A stretch of DNA of 64,000 bases from Candidatus Nomurabacteria bacterium. GTDB lineage: Bacteria > Patescibacteriota > Minisyncoccia > Phycocordibacterales > UBA9973. Of the stretch, positions 9,944-18,944 are shown in pieces; position 1 is the first letter of the stretch; the number at the start of each line of letters is the position of its first letter. The position numbers were made by a program, and so were the translations under genes. The notes below the pieces were generated by a model. It had not been told where the DNA came from and did not search any database. It saw only the letters and a list, made by a program, of their open reading frames with translations. The stretch lies in the NCBI GenBank assembly GCA_026395965.1, contig JAPLXS010000012.1:36116-100115 (forward strand), in the 5' to 3' direction.

Positions 9944-11737
9944 ATGAAAAAAAGACAGATTGCTTTCTCGGTTATGTTCACATTGGTTTGGTATTTCTTA
10001 AGTGAATACCTATTTATGCCCGCTATCTCATTTGATTCCACTACTGGAATTTATTGGAACTTAATTGTTTATCTTACTGTGATGGCTATTATCTTTTTCA
10101 ATATTGATTCTAACAAAAAATCTGATTTTGGAAAGGCATTATGTATCGTATTAGGGATCTCTGCTATTATTTTACTGCTTGGTCTTGGTATTGGTGGATT
10201 CTTTTCCACTTCTACATGGATGAATACTGAAAAGTATAGAGGAATGATTGGTAACATTAAAGAAACTGAATTTACGGCAAATGTTCAACCAATCGCTGTA
10301 AATCAAATGCTAATTGTTGATGAAGAAATTGCGAAAAGAGTTGGAGAAAAAGTTTTAGGATCAGATCCTGGACTTGGAAGCCGCTCAGAAATTGGCGATT
10401 ATACTCTTCAAGCTGTTAATGGTCAGCTCTATTGGATTGCTCCTTTACTCCACAGTGGATTTTGGAAATGGAATTCTTTTGGAGACGAAGGTACTCCAGG
10501 TTATGTACGTGTTTCAGCAACAAATCAAGAAGACTATGCTTTGGTGACAAATGTAAAAGGAAAAAAATTACATATTGTATATCAGCCAGAAGCATATTTT
10601 AGTCAGGATTTAGAGAGACATATCTACACAAACGGGTACCGTTCTATTTTATTCAGCGACTTCACTTTTGAAGTTGATGATAATTGGAATCCTTATTGGA
10701 CTGTAACTGTTCAAAAAACAAAAATTGGTTTTAGTGGAAATGATGCTGTTGGTGTGCTTGTCGTGGATCCTCAGACGGGGGATGTGCGTCAGTATAAAAC
10801 AGAAGAAGCTCCTGCCTGGATCGATCGTATTCAGCCAAAAGATTTTGTTTCTGAACAAGTAGATGACTGGGGAAATTATATTCACGGTTATTGGAATTGG
10901 TCAGGAAAAGATAAAATCAGAGTAGCTGAAGAAAGTTCACTTGTTCTTGGTAATGACGGAAGATCATATTTTTATTTTGGTCTTACTTCAGAAGGAAAAG
11001 ATGAATCAACAGTGGGTTTTGTTATGGTAGATACCAGAACAAAAAAAGCTCATTGGTTTAAACAAGCAGGAGCTACAGAAAAAGCAGCTAGGGTCTCAGC
11101 TGAGGGCAAGGTACAAGAAAAAGGTTTTGTAGGTTCTGATGGTGTGACATACAATATTGATGGTCACCCTACTTATGAATTCCTTTTAAAAGACAAAGGT
11201 GGCTTGATGAAACTTGTAGCCTTGGTAAATGTCCACGATCACACTCTTGTAGGTATTGGTGAAAATCGCCAACAAGCCATAAGAGATTACCGTAATCAAA
11301 TGACTAGTCGTGGAAACACGGTATCGTTAGTTACTAGCGATATGGAATCAACTGTTCTTGTTTCAAAAATTTTAAGGATTGCATCTTTGATTAGCAAAGG
11401 GGAAACTTATTATCAATTTATTTTGGTAAAAGAACCCAAAACTATCTTTACTGCAGGCACTGAAATTTCAGATGAACTTTCTTTAACAAAAGAAGGGGAT
11501 GTTATTAAGATTTATTATGTAAAGCTTAATTCTGAATCAAGTGTGTCTATATCAAAATTTGATAATATCGAATTAATGATAGGCAGTGACTCTATTCAAA
11601 TTAAAAATGAAGAGAGATTAGATACAATTAAAGCAAAAGTAATTCAACAAAAATCAGAAGAAGTTGTTGATAACAAAATCAACAATCTTTCATCTGTTGA
11701 GAAGAAAAAACTTTTGAAATTAATTAAACAAAAGTAA
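9944..11737 (+). CDS. Membrane-anchored hypothetical protein (3 N-terminal TMs plus large soluble domain)
   Basis: 597 aa; TM segments followed by a beta-rich domain (VLVVDPQTG, APAWIDRIQP, FVMVDTRT). Confidence 0.8.
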   Translation: MKKRQIAFSVMFTLVWYFLSEYLFMPAISFDSTTGIYWNLIVYLTVMAIIFFNIDSNKKSDFGKALCIVLGISAIILLLGLGIGGFFSTSTWMNTEKYRGMIGNIKETEFTANVQPIAVNQMLIVDEEIAKRVGEKVLGSDPGLGSRSEIGDYTLQAVNGQLYWIAPLLHSGFWKWNSFGDEGTPGYVRVSATNQEDYALVTNVKGKKLHIVYQPEAYFSQDLERHIYTNGYRSILFSDFTFEVDDNWNPYWTVTVQKTKIGFSGNDAVGVLVVDPQTGDVRQYKTEEAPAWIDRIQPKDFVSEQVDDWGNYIHGYWNWSGKDKIRVAEESSLVLGNDGRSYFYFGLTSEGKDESTVGFVMVDTRTKKAHWFKQAGATEKAARVSAEGKVQEKGFVGSDGVTYNIDGHPTYEFLLKDKGGLMKLVALVNVHDHTLVGIGENRQQAIRDYRNQMTSRGNTVSLVTSDMESTVLVSKILRIASLISKGETYYQFILVKEPKTIFTAGTEISDELSLTKEGDVIKIYYVKLNSESSVSISKFDNIELMIGSDSIQIKNEERLDTIKAKVIQQKSEEVVDNKINNLSSVEKKKLLKLIKQK

Positions 11738-11940
11738 ATTAAATTACAAAAAACCAGATCAAAATGATCTGGTTTTTTTAATTTTTTAAGCTTACAGTAA
11801 ATATAAACTAATATATTCATTTCTCTACAAAACAAAACAGTATCTATTTAATATATCGTTTCGGAGTCTAAATACTTTACAAAACATATATATATGATAT
11901 AATAAGGAAAATAAATTTTGTAACTTAATAATAATTATAT

Positions 11941-12393
11941 ATGAAAAATGAGGCAATAAAACAATGCCGGGCCCGTATTCAAGGATATATTGAAAAAATT
12001 GATTTGATTAAAAAAAGTGCTGATGATGATTTAATTTTTTTAATTGATTTTATAAAAGAATGCCATGAATCAAAAAAAGATTTTACCAATGTGTTTATAT
12101 CTATCGCAGAAGATACAAGAAATGAATTAAATATGGATATCCAAATTGAGTCTCTATTGTCTGATGATGAAAATATGGAGCAAGATGAAGAGATTGAAAT
12201 ATTTCTTTCTTCATTGAAAGAATTTTCAATTAAAACTAAACTATATAAATCAGAAATAGATTCCGAGCTTTCTGGAAAGATAAAAAAAGTAGTAGAGGAT
12301 TTTGACGAAGCTATTCACGAAGAAATTGATTCTATTCTTGAGCTTATCGCTAGGGAACAACGCAAAATTGAAGAAATTCAAAATGAATCTTAA
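11941..12393 (+). CDS. Hypothetical acidic helical protein
   Basis: 150-aa ORF with downstream terminator. Confidence 0.7.
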   Translation: MKNEAIKQCRARIQGYIEKIDLIKKSADDDLIFLIDFIKECHESKKDFTNVFISIAEDTRNELNMDIQIESLLSDDENMEQDEEIEIFLSSLKEFSIKTKLYKSEIDSELSGKIKKVVEDFDEAIHEEIDSILELIAREQRKIEEIQNES

Positions 12394-12499
12394 AGAAACA
12401 AAACCGTATAACCATTAACGCCACTTCGAAAGAGGTGGTTTTTTTTATTGACAAATAAATTGTATATGATATTTTTTTTTAAACAAAAAATCTTATATC

Positions 12500-12856
12500 A
12501 TGCATATAATAAACACTGGTAAAGAACATGTAGTGTTCACTCAAATCTCGGAAGAAACAACAATACTTCCAATAGATACTTGCGAAATACTTTTTAAGCA
12601 AGAAGTTGTATTATCTGAAAATAATCAAAAAGCACATTTGGTTATCATAAAGAAAGACGACCCTTCCAAACTTATTTCCAAAATAGAGAGTATCGCTGTT
12701 CGCCCTGCTAATCGAGCATTCATTCGTACTGTTGATGCAAAATTCGTTCAAGCACAAGAAATTCTTGTTGGATTTATCCAGGACGAACAAGTGAAAGAAA
12801 TAACACTCTTTCCTTGTAGGGTTATTGATATTGTTCCAAATGGATACTTGCAGTAG
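12500..12856 (+). CDS. Hypothetical protein
   Basis: 118-aa ORF downstream of TTGACA at 12448. Confidence 0.6.
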   Translation: MHIINTGKEHVVFTQISEETTILPIDTCEILFKQEVVLSENNQKAHLVIIKKDDPSKLISKIESIAVRPANRAFIRTVDAKFVQAQEILVGFIQDEQVKEITLFPCRVIDIVPNGYLQ

Positions 12857-13041
12857 TATCATGAACCTCACACTCTTGAGGAATTGTCATTGACATGAGT
12901 ATTGATTTTGTCCCCGTTTTATCACAATGAAATGGAGAGCCTTGAGGAAGCAGAGCCTCATATAAAAACCGACTATTTGAAATAGGCGGTTTTATTTTGT
13001 CCGCTCGAGATTAATAATAATTATAATGATATAATGAATTT

Positions 13042-13668
13042 ATGAAAACTATTTTAATCATCTTAGTTGTTTTAATACTATGGTCTATCTGGGGGTATTT
13101 TGGTTCGCGTGTGGAGCAATCAGATTACACGGTTATCGAAAAAAAGAAAGATTATGAAATTCGTAATTATCCAGCACATATTGTAGCAGAAACAGCAATT
13201 TTGAGTTCTACATATAGCAATGCCATGAATTCAGGTTTTTCAATTGTGGCAGGATATATTTTTGGCGGAAATACAAAAAAAGAAAAAATCGCTATGACAG
13301 CACCAGTAGTAGAAAAATCTGGTTCTTCAGAGAAAATCTCTATGACAGCCCCAGTAATAGTGAATACAGAAGGAGATACACATGTAATTTCTTTTGGAAT
13401 GCCTCGCTCTTACTCTTCTATAGAGACCTTACCAATTCCAAATGACTCTCGAGTAAAGCTTCGCGAAGTATCTGCGCAAAAGATGGCTGTACTTCGCTTC
13501 TCATGGTCTAGATCAGAAAGTAGGGTAAAAAAAATGAAAGAAAAACTTTTAAATTATCTTATTCGTGACAAAGTAGAAATTATTAGTACTCCTAGCTATG
13601 CCGGCTACAACGCTCCTTGGACACCACCTTGGATGGTTAGGAATGAAATTTTGGTTGAAATAAAATAA
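13042..13668 (+). CDS. SOUL-family heme-binding protein
   Basis: YEIRNYP, GFSIVAGYIFGGN, duplicated KIAMTAPV/KISMTAPV, YNAPWTPPWMVRNEI. Confidence 0.9.
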   Translation: MKTILIILVVLILWSIWGYFGSRVEQSDYTVIEKKKDYEIRNYPAHIVAETAILSSTYSNAMNSGFSIVAGYIFGGNTKKEKIAMTAPVVEKSGSSEKISMTAPVIVNTEGDTHVISFGMPRSYSSIETLPIPNDSRVKLREVSAQKMAVLRFSWSRSESRVKKMKEKLLNYLIRDKVEIISTPSYAGYNAPWTPPWMVRNEILVEIK

Positions 13669-13818
13669 TTTGAGTAGTAAGGATAGTCATTTCGAGTTAA
13701 TAACCACTATTAAGGGCTATTTTATGATTGGAAAATATATAATATTATGAGATAATAAACTTATATTATGTGGAGCTGTGTTGGTTTTATTTAATAAAAA
13801 ATACTATAATATGAATAT

Positions 13819-14037
13819 ATGAGATTAAAATTTAAGGAAGTCTTTGAAGAAAATAATGATGGTTCTTTGACCCCTAAAAGGCAAATTTTTGTTAATGGTA
13901 TTAGTTTTAACCAAGGTGTTACATTCCAGAAGGGTGTATCTTTTGGTGGTGTAGATTTTCATCTTTATAAATATTGGGATATTGAAGCTGAAGAAAAAAA
14001 TGGCATTTTAGATATTAAAGGGTTTTATCAACGATAG
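13819..14037 (+). CDS. Small hypothetical protein
   Basis: 72 aa; first gene of a tight three-gene run ending in the DpnI-like gene. Confidence 0.65.
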   Translation: MRLKFKEVFEENNDGSLTPKRQIFVNGISFNQGVTFQKGVSFGGVDFHLYKYWDIEAEEKNGILDIKGFYQR

Positions 14038-14041
14038 AATT

Positions 14042-14389
14042 ATGGTTGATAATATTCCTACAAAAAAAGAAATAGTTAGTCTTGTTGAAGCACAGGCGAA
14101 TTCAATTGATGATGTTTCTAAACGTTTTTATAGGATTGAAAGTTTAGTTAACACACAAGAATTTCGCAACGAAAAACAAGAAGCAAGAAACCATAGTGTT
14201 GCGATAGCTGTTCTTGTCTCATTTGTATTGATTGTTGGTTCAGTTGCAGTATCTGTTATTATTACAAATAAAAAAGATGCACAATTTTATTCTGATTTAC
14301 AAAAAAATATTTATGAACAAGATTTAAAGGTTCAAGATTTAAATAATCAAATTTTAAATATTAAAATTCGTAACCCTTATTTAAAATAA
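14042..14389 (+). CDS. Hypothetical single-TM coiled-coil protein
   Basis: One TM flanked by helical segments. Confidence 0.65.
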   Translation: MVDNIPTKKEIVSLVEAQANSIDDVSKRFYRIESLVNTQEFRNEKQEARNHSVAIAVLVSFVLIVGSVAVSVIITNKKDAQFYSDLQKNIYEQDLKVQDLNNQILNIKIRNPYLK

Positions 14390-14398
14390 TTTAATAAA

Positions 14399-15163
14399 AT
14401 GAATTTATCTTTAAATAAAAATTTGGGTAATAAATATTCAAATCAATCGCAAAAAATAAGAGTTATTACTGAAAATTGGGTTCTAAATCAAATATATTGT
14501 CCAAGTTGTGGTGGTATTATAACTAACTATGTAAACAATAAACCTGTTGCAGATTTTTATTGTAAAAAGTGTGTTGAAGATTTTGAATTAAAATCAAAGA
14601 AAGGAAAAATAGGAAAAACTGTACCTGCTGGAGCGTATTCTAAAATGATTGAAAGGATAAATTCCTCGACAAAACCAAATTTCTTTTTTATGGGTTACTT
14701 GGGGACTTTGTGTGTAAATAATTTTTTTGTAATACCAAAACACTTTTTTATTTCAGAAATTATAGAAAAAAGAAAGCCACTTAGTAATAACGCAAGAAGG
14801 GCAGGTTGGGTTGGTTCAAATATTATTTTTTCAAAAATACCAAAAGCAGGGCAAATTTTTTATATTGAAAATGGTAAAGAGATTTCTAAAGAAGAGGTTT
14901 TAGAGAAATGGCAAAAAACAGTCTTTTTAAAGAAAATTAAAAGAGTAGATGCTAAAGGTTGGATTTTAGATATTATGAATTGCATTGATGCTTTAAATAA
15001 AAATGAGTTTACGTTAGTAGATATATATAAGTTTGAATCTGAATTAAAAAACATTCACCCAGAAAATAAGCATATCAAAGATAAAATCCGTCAGCAATTA
15101 CAATTTTTACGAGATAAAAATTATATTGATTTTGTTGGTTCTGGTAAGTATAAATTGAAGTAG
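14399..15163 (+). CDS. DpnI-like / Dam-replacing-family methyl-directed restriction endonuclease
   Basis: SQKIRVITENW, CPSCG, NNKPVADFYC, ELKSK, RRAGWVG; C-terminal winged helix KIRQQLQFLRD. Confidence 0.9.
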   Translation: MNLSLNKNLGNKYSNQSQKIRVITENWVLNQIYCPSCGGIITNYVNNKPVADFYCKKCVEDFELKSKKGKIGKTVPAGAYSKMIERINSSTKPNFFFMGYLGTLCVNNFFVIPKHFFISEIIEKRKPLSNNARRAGWVGSNIIFSKIPKAGQIFYIENGKEISKEEVLEKWQKTVFLKKIKRVDAKGWILDIMNCIDALNKNEFTLVDIYKFESELKNIHPENKHIKDKIRQQLQFLRDKNYIDFVGSGKYKLK

Positions 15164-15281
15164 TTGACTTTAATTCAAATTCGATCAATGATCAGATCAT
15201 TATTAAGTTAATGGTTATATTTTTATATGTACTCGCAAGGACAGTCTTTGTAAGTCAAAAATGATTCCACTCGTACGCTTA

Positions 15282-15938
15282 CTACTTTCCTTTGATTCTT
15301 ATACCAGCACCAGGATATGATTGGATACCATTAATAGCTTCTAAGTCACTTGAGGAAACCAGCCCAACAACCTCGTCATTTTCTACGAGCATGATAGGTC
15401 CGCCAGAATATCCTTTTGGCGTAGGGAAATTTAGTAATACATGCAGTGATTTAACTTGCATGTTAGTGTCTTTATCTGTTCGAATGATATTTTGAACCTT
15501 AACTATGTTTCCTCTTGAATATGATATTTGAATCCTTGCGGATATTAATTCAAACTTAGTGCTAACCATTTTTAATAAAGGTTTGTTTATTGAGGTTTCC
15601 TGGAGGGGAAAACCTACAGCATACGCCTTAACGCCATTTGTTATATCCGTGCGAGAAGCTCTGAGGAATTCTGAGGAGTGTCGAGATATTCGACAAATTG
15701 TATAATCTTCTGATGGTTTGTAATAGGTAATTGAAGGATTTTTTAAAATTTCACCAGTAGAATTTATCAGGTAGATATCATATGTGTAATTTGGCATTAA
15801 TACATGGGCGGCTGTAACAAATTCTTCTTGGGAAACAAAAAACCCTGTACCAAGTAATTTAGGAAGTACTTTTTCTTTTGGTTGTTTACCATCCATTTCA
15901 ATGATGGCATATATTGCATTTTCAATATTTTGACTCAT
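15282..15938 (-). CDS. Trypsin-like (S1) serine protease, no signal peptide
   Basis: GTGFFV, VTAAHV, D, GYSGGP catalytic triad motifs. Confidence 0.82.
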   Translation of the reverse strand: MSQNIENAIYAIIEMDGKQPKEKVLPKLLGTGFFVSQEEFVTAAHVLMPNYTYDIYLINSTGEILKNPSITYYKPSEDYTICRISRHSSEFLRASRTDITNGVKAYAVGFPLQETSINKPLLKMVSTKFELISARIQISYSRGNIVKVQNIIRTDKDTNMQVKSLHVLLNFPTPKGYSGGPIMLVENDEVVGLVSSSDLEAINGIQSYPGAGIRIKGK

Positions 15939-16197
15939 ATAAAGATATTATAAGTAGTTAATTATTTTTATAATCGGAGCAATTCAGGTTGTTTTAGTAT
16001 GCTTCTCGTACTAGCACGTGATGGCGAGCGTTCAACAGATAGAACCAATTAGATTCCTTACCCCTAACGCTGTTCATTACTTTTTTAGTATAACAGAACG
16101 ACCCTTCTCGTACTATCAAGTATTGTACTAATATTAGAGATTTTTATTCCCCAGAAAATGAGGAATAATCAATTACGAAATAGATATAAAAAGAAAT

Positions 16198-16884
16198 TTA
16201 ATTAACAGGGATAGTTTCAAACATATTATCAAAACTTGAAACCTTCAATGTATTAACTATTTCTTCTGAAGCTTTAACTAGATCTTTCATTATCTGGAAA
16301 GACAAATCTGTTACCTCAATTAATTTACCATGATCAAAAGAATATGTATTTTCATTATATACTATTGGTAAACTAGCTTTTTTTTGCTTATCACAATAAT
16401 AACCATTATTATGAACAAGATTTCTTAAATGTCTTCCAAGATCAAAAACTGAAGAAAGATGTTTGGTTTCTATTTCTTTAAAAAGACATTCGTAAATGTT
16501 TTTAAAGTCGCCGAGCCCGTCATTACATGCACCTGGCTTTACATGTAATAGAATATTTCTAAGTGACCATTCAAGCCGTGAATAGAATATTAGATAGTAG
16601 CCCTTATACATACATACCTCAAATTCTCTCTTAAATTTAGTTATATCTTCTGGAGTTAACAGTTTCTTTTCCTCCCAAAAATCCACTTCTTTAAATTTGG
16701 TTTGAGCCAATTCAATAGCAACAGCATATGAATGTAATACATTGGATAGTTGACCAAAAATTGTCACCCTTAGATCATTCTTATCATCTTTCATTGAAGG
16801 ATATTTCTTTAGATTATCCTCATATAATTTAAAAGATAGTTCAACAGCCTGAGTAAAATTTGTGATATTGCTTGCATTTAACAT
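16198..16884 (-). CDS. Putative HEPN-domain ribonuclease
   Basis: Helical protein with upstream SRLE and an R-N-x2-H motif (RNLVHNNG). Confidence 0.55.
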   Translation of the reverse strand: MLNASNITNFTQAVELSFKLYEDNLKKYPSMKDDKNDLRVTIFGQLSNVLHSYAVAIELAQTKFKEVDFWEEKKLLTPEDITKFKREFEVCMYKGYYLIFYSRLEWSLRNILLHVKPGACNDGLGDFKNIYECLFKEIETKHLSSVFDLGRHLRNLVHNNGYYCDKQKKASLPIVYNENTYSFDHGKLIEVTDLSFQIMKDLVKASEEIVNTLKVSSFDNMFETIPVN

Positions 16885-17065
16885 ATAAAAAATTTATAAA
16901 TTCTTAATTAGGTAATTCAGGAGCATTTTCTGAATAAGTTGTCCTCAATTTTTATAGGCCATTTATTTTATCAATTTCATAATGATATTTTTACTAGCTG
17001 CGGAAATGTAATGGTTTTTATAATAGTTTCATTATAAGTCTTTTTAAAGTAAAAACCAAATCAAA

Positions 17066-17090
17066 AACAGCCCCTTCCGGAGCTGTTTTT
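17066..17090. terminator. Intrinsic terminator
   Basis: AAACAGC-CC-CTTCC-GG-AGCTGTTTTT hairpin. Confidence 0.55.
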
Positions 17091-17126
17091 GTATACTTCT
17101 CATACTAGAACTAATTGGTGAAACTA

Positions 17127-17243
17127 CAGAGACCGCGAGTACGCTTATCGACTACCACGTAGTCAGGTACTTTTCCATCTACGATAAGGAAAAGTCTTTC
17201 GATTCTCTGACGCACGTGACGCAGGTCACGTGCTTAGGGTAAC
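17127..17243 (-). ncRNA. tRNA-linked structured element, copy B (after tRNA-Glu 3' remnant)
   Basis: Same modules as the copies at 17943 and 52969, with compensatory base changes; transcription and strand not shown. Confidence 0.6.
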
Positions 17244-17286
17244 GCAAGAAAAAGGCTTGTCCTAAGACAAGCTCATTTTTCAACGC

Positions 17287-17296
17287 GTGACCCTAC
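17287..17296 (-). repeat. Duplicated tRNA-Glu 3' end (attR-like remnant)
   Basis: GTAGGGTCAC identical to the tRNA-Glu 3' end at 18120-18129 and followed by the same hairpin and element. Confidence 0.55.
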
Positions 17297-17393
17297 GGGT
17301 AATTTATTGGAACTCTATTGTAGAGAATATAAGGGGATATAAGGTATTGAAAGATTGAAAATGTGAAATAAAGTATTATAATAAGGAAATTAT

Positions 17394-17915
17394 ATGAAAA
17401 AATTAACTATAGCAGTAGGAACAACTTCTTTACAAAAAATTAGTTATCTTAAGGAAGTATTAAAAGAGTTAGAGATAAAATCATCTATTAAATCTATTGA
17501 TGTAAAAAGTGGGGTTTCCGAACAACCAATAACATCAAGTGAGACTAAAAAAGGTTCCATAAATAGAGCAAAAAAAGCCTTGAAAGAAATTAAAGACTCC
17601 TATTTTTCTTTAGGTATAGAAGTTGGATATCATAAATATTCAAAAGATAAATATGAAATTTTTTGCTGGGTAACTTTAATTGATGATAGTGGTTATCAAA
17701 TATCTGGTCAGTCTCATAAATTTTTATTACCAGAATATCATCAAAAATTCTTACATAGCGGAAAGTATCTTGGAGATAATTTAGATGGTTATTCTAAAAA
17801 AAATAAAAATTTTGTTGATGTTTATATAGAAGATATGATCAGACATCGCAAACCATTTATTGTTGGTGCATTAAAAGATATTTTAGTTAGATATTTTAAG
17901 AAAGAGGATTTTTAA
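17394..17915 (+). CDS. Inosine/xanthosine triphosphatase-like protein (YjjX/DUF84)
   Basis: IAVGTTS..K, SGVSEQP, GSINRA, LGIEVG. Confidence 0.8.
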   Translation: MKKLTIAVGTTSLQKISYLKEVLKELEIKSSIKSIDVKSGVSEQPITSSETKKGSINRAKKALKEIKDSYFSLGIEVGYHKYSKDKYEIFCWVTLIDDSGYQISGQSHKFLLPEYHQKFLHSGKYLGDNLDGYSKKNKNFVDVYIEDMIRHRKPFIVGALKDILVRYFKKEDF

Positions 17916-17942
17916 ATTAAATGACGTCCTTAACAAAGGGGA

Positions 17943-18080
17943 CAGAGACCGTGAGTACACTTATCGAACCCTACTGGTTCAGTACACCTTTTCAAAGTAT
18001 TTTTGCATAGCAAAAATACTTAATGAAAAGCTTTTCGATTCTCTGGCGCAAGCAAAGAAGTTTGCTTGCTTAGGGTCACA
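17943..18080 (-). ncRNA. tRNA-linked structured element, copy A (after tRNA-Glu)
   Basis: Antisense acceptor TGACCCTA, hairpin, antisense T-arm CAGAGAATCGAA, CTTTTC/GAAAAG stem, AGTAG-loop hairpin, GATAAGTGTACTCACGGTCTCTG. Confidence 0.6.
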
Positions 18081-18120
18081 AATTAAAAAGCACCGACTGA
18101 AAAGTCGGCTTTTTAATTTG

Positions 18121-18192
18121 TGACCCTACAGAGAATCGAACTCTGATTTTATCCTTGAGAAGGATACGTCCTAACCGTTAGACGATAAGGCC
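18121..18192 (-). tRNA. tRNA-Glu (anticodon CTC)
   Basis: GGCCTTA...TAGGGTC-A cloverleaf; anticodon arm TATCC-TTCTCAA-GGATA; TTCGATT T-loop; CCA not encoded. Confidence 0.93.
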
Positions 18193-18380
18193 AATATAAT
18201 TACGAATTAAAATTAAGAATTACAAAATAAATGTAAATAAAAATAATATAATTAATACGTAAATACATATACAAAATAGCAAAAATACAGTATTAATACA
18301 AGCCAAGTATTTACTATGAGTAGGGAATATATGTCTAAATATATGCATATATGTTATTATTTAGTAAATAAGCACACATA

Positions 18381-18409
18381 TTGACAATATATGATGTATA
18401 TGCTATACT
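18381..18409 (+). promoter_or_regulatory. Sigma70 promoter TTGACA-17-TATACT with extended -10
   Basis: Consensus match. Confidence 0.75.
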
Positions 18410-18491
18410 ATTTTTAAGTGTGATTGATAATTTTGGTTAATTTGGAAAAATGAAAAATTCGTTTTTCTAAATTAACCAAAATTTGAAAATC

Positions 18492-18848
18492 ATGAAAAAA
18501 GTAGTCAGTTATTTTAAAGCGATTTTTACATTAATATTTAGAGCAATCTTTTTATTAATAAGAAAGGTTGATAAATCTATTTTGAAAATTGTGGAAAAAA
18601 ATCCTAATTTTACAAAATTATCTATCATACCTTTGGTTGTGTATTTCTGTATTTGGGGGGTTTATATGTTGTGTATTTGCATGATTATATTTTCATGCGA
18701 AAATCTAGCAACACCAAATTGGATGCATACATGGGAATATTTGAATTTTCATAATTTTTTAAATCCTAGTTTTTTAGGAACCATAGAAATTATGTTATGC
18801 CTTTATATTATTAGGGTATTAAGTTATCTTAGTAATAAATTATTTTAA
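18492..18848 (+). CDS. Hypothetical membrane protein
   Basis: Hydrophobic ORF with promoter, leader hairpin and terminator. Confidence 0.6.
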   Translation: MKKVVSYFKAIFTLIFRAIFLLIRKVDKSILKIVEKNPNFTKLSIIPLVVYFCIWGVYMLCICMIIFSCENLATPNWMHTWEYLNFHNFLNPSFLGTIEIMLCLYIIRVLSYLSNKLF

Positions 18849-18944
18849 AAACCGTATTTATACGGTTTTTTTTATTTTTAATTTTAATATATAAATCAGA
18901 ATTATTGAGTATAAAATGCATATTTTTTATGATATAATTCTCAT

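Noticed and set aside
12857-12965. Possible read-through or pseudogene tail after 12500..12856
   Set aside because: Stops occur in all three forward frames and no recognisable homology is visible.
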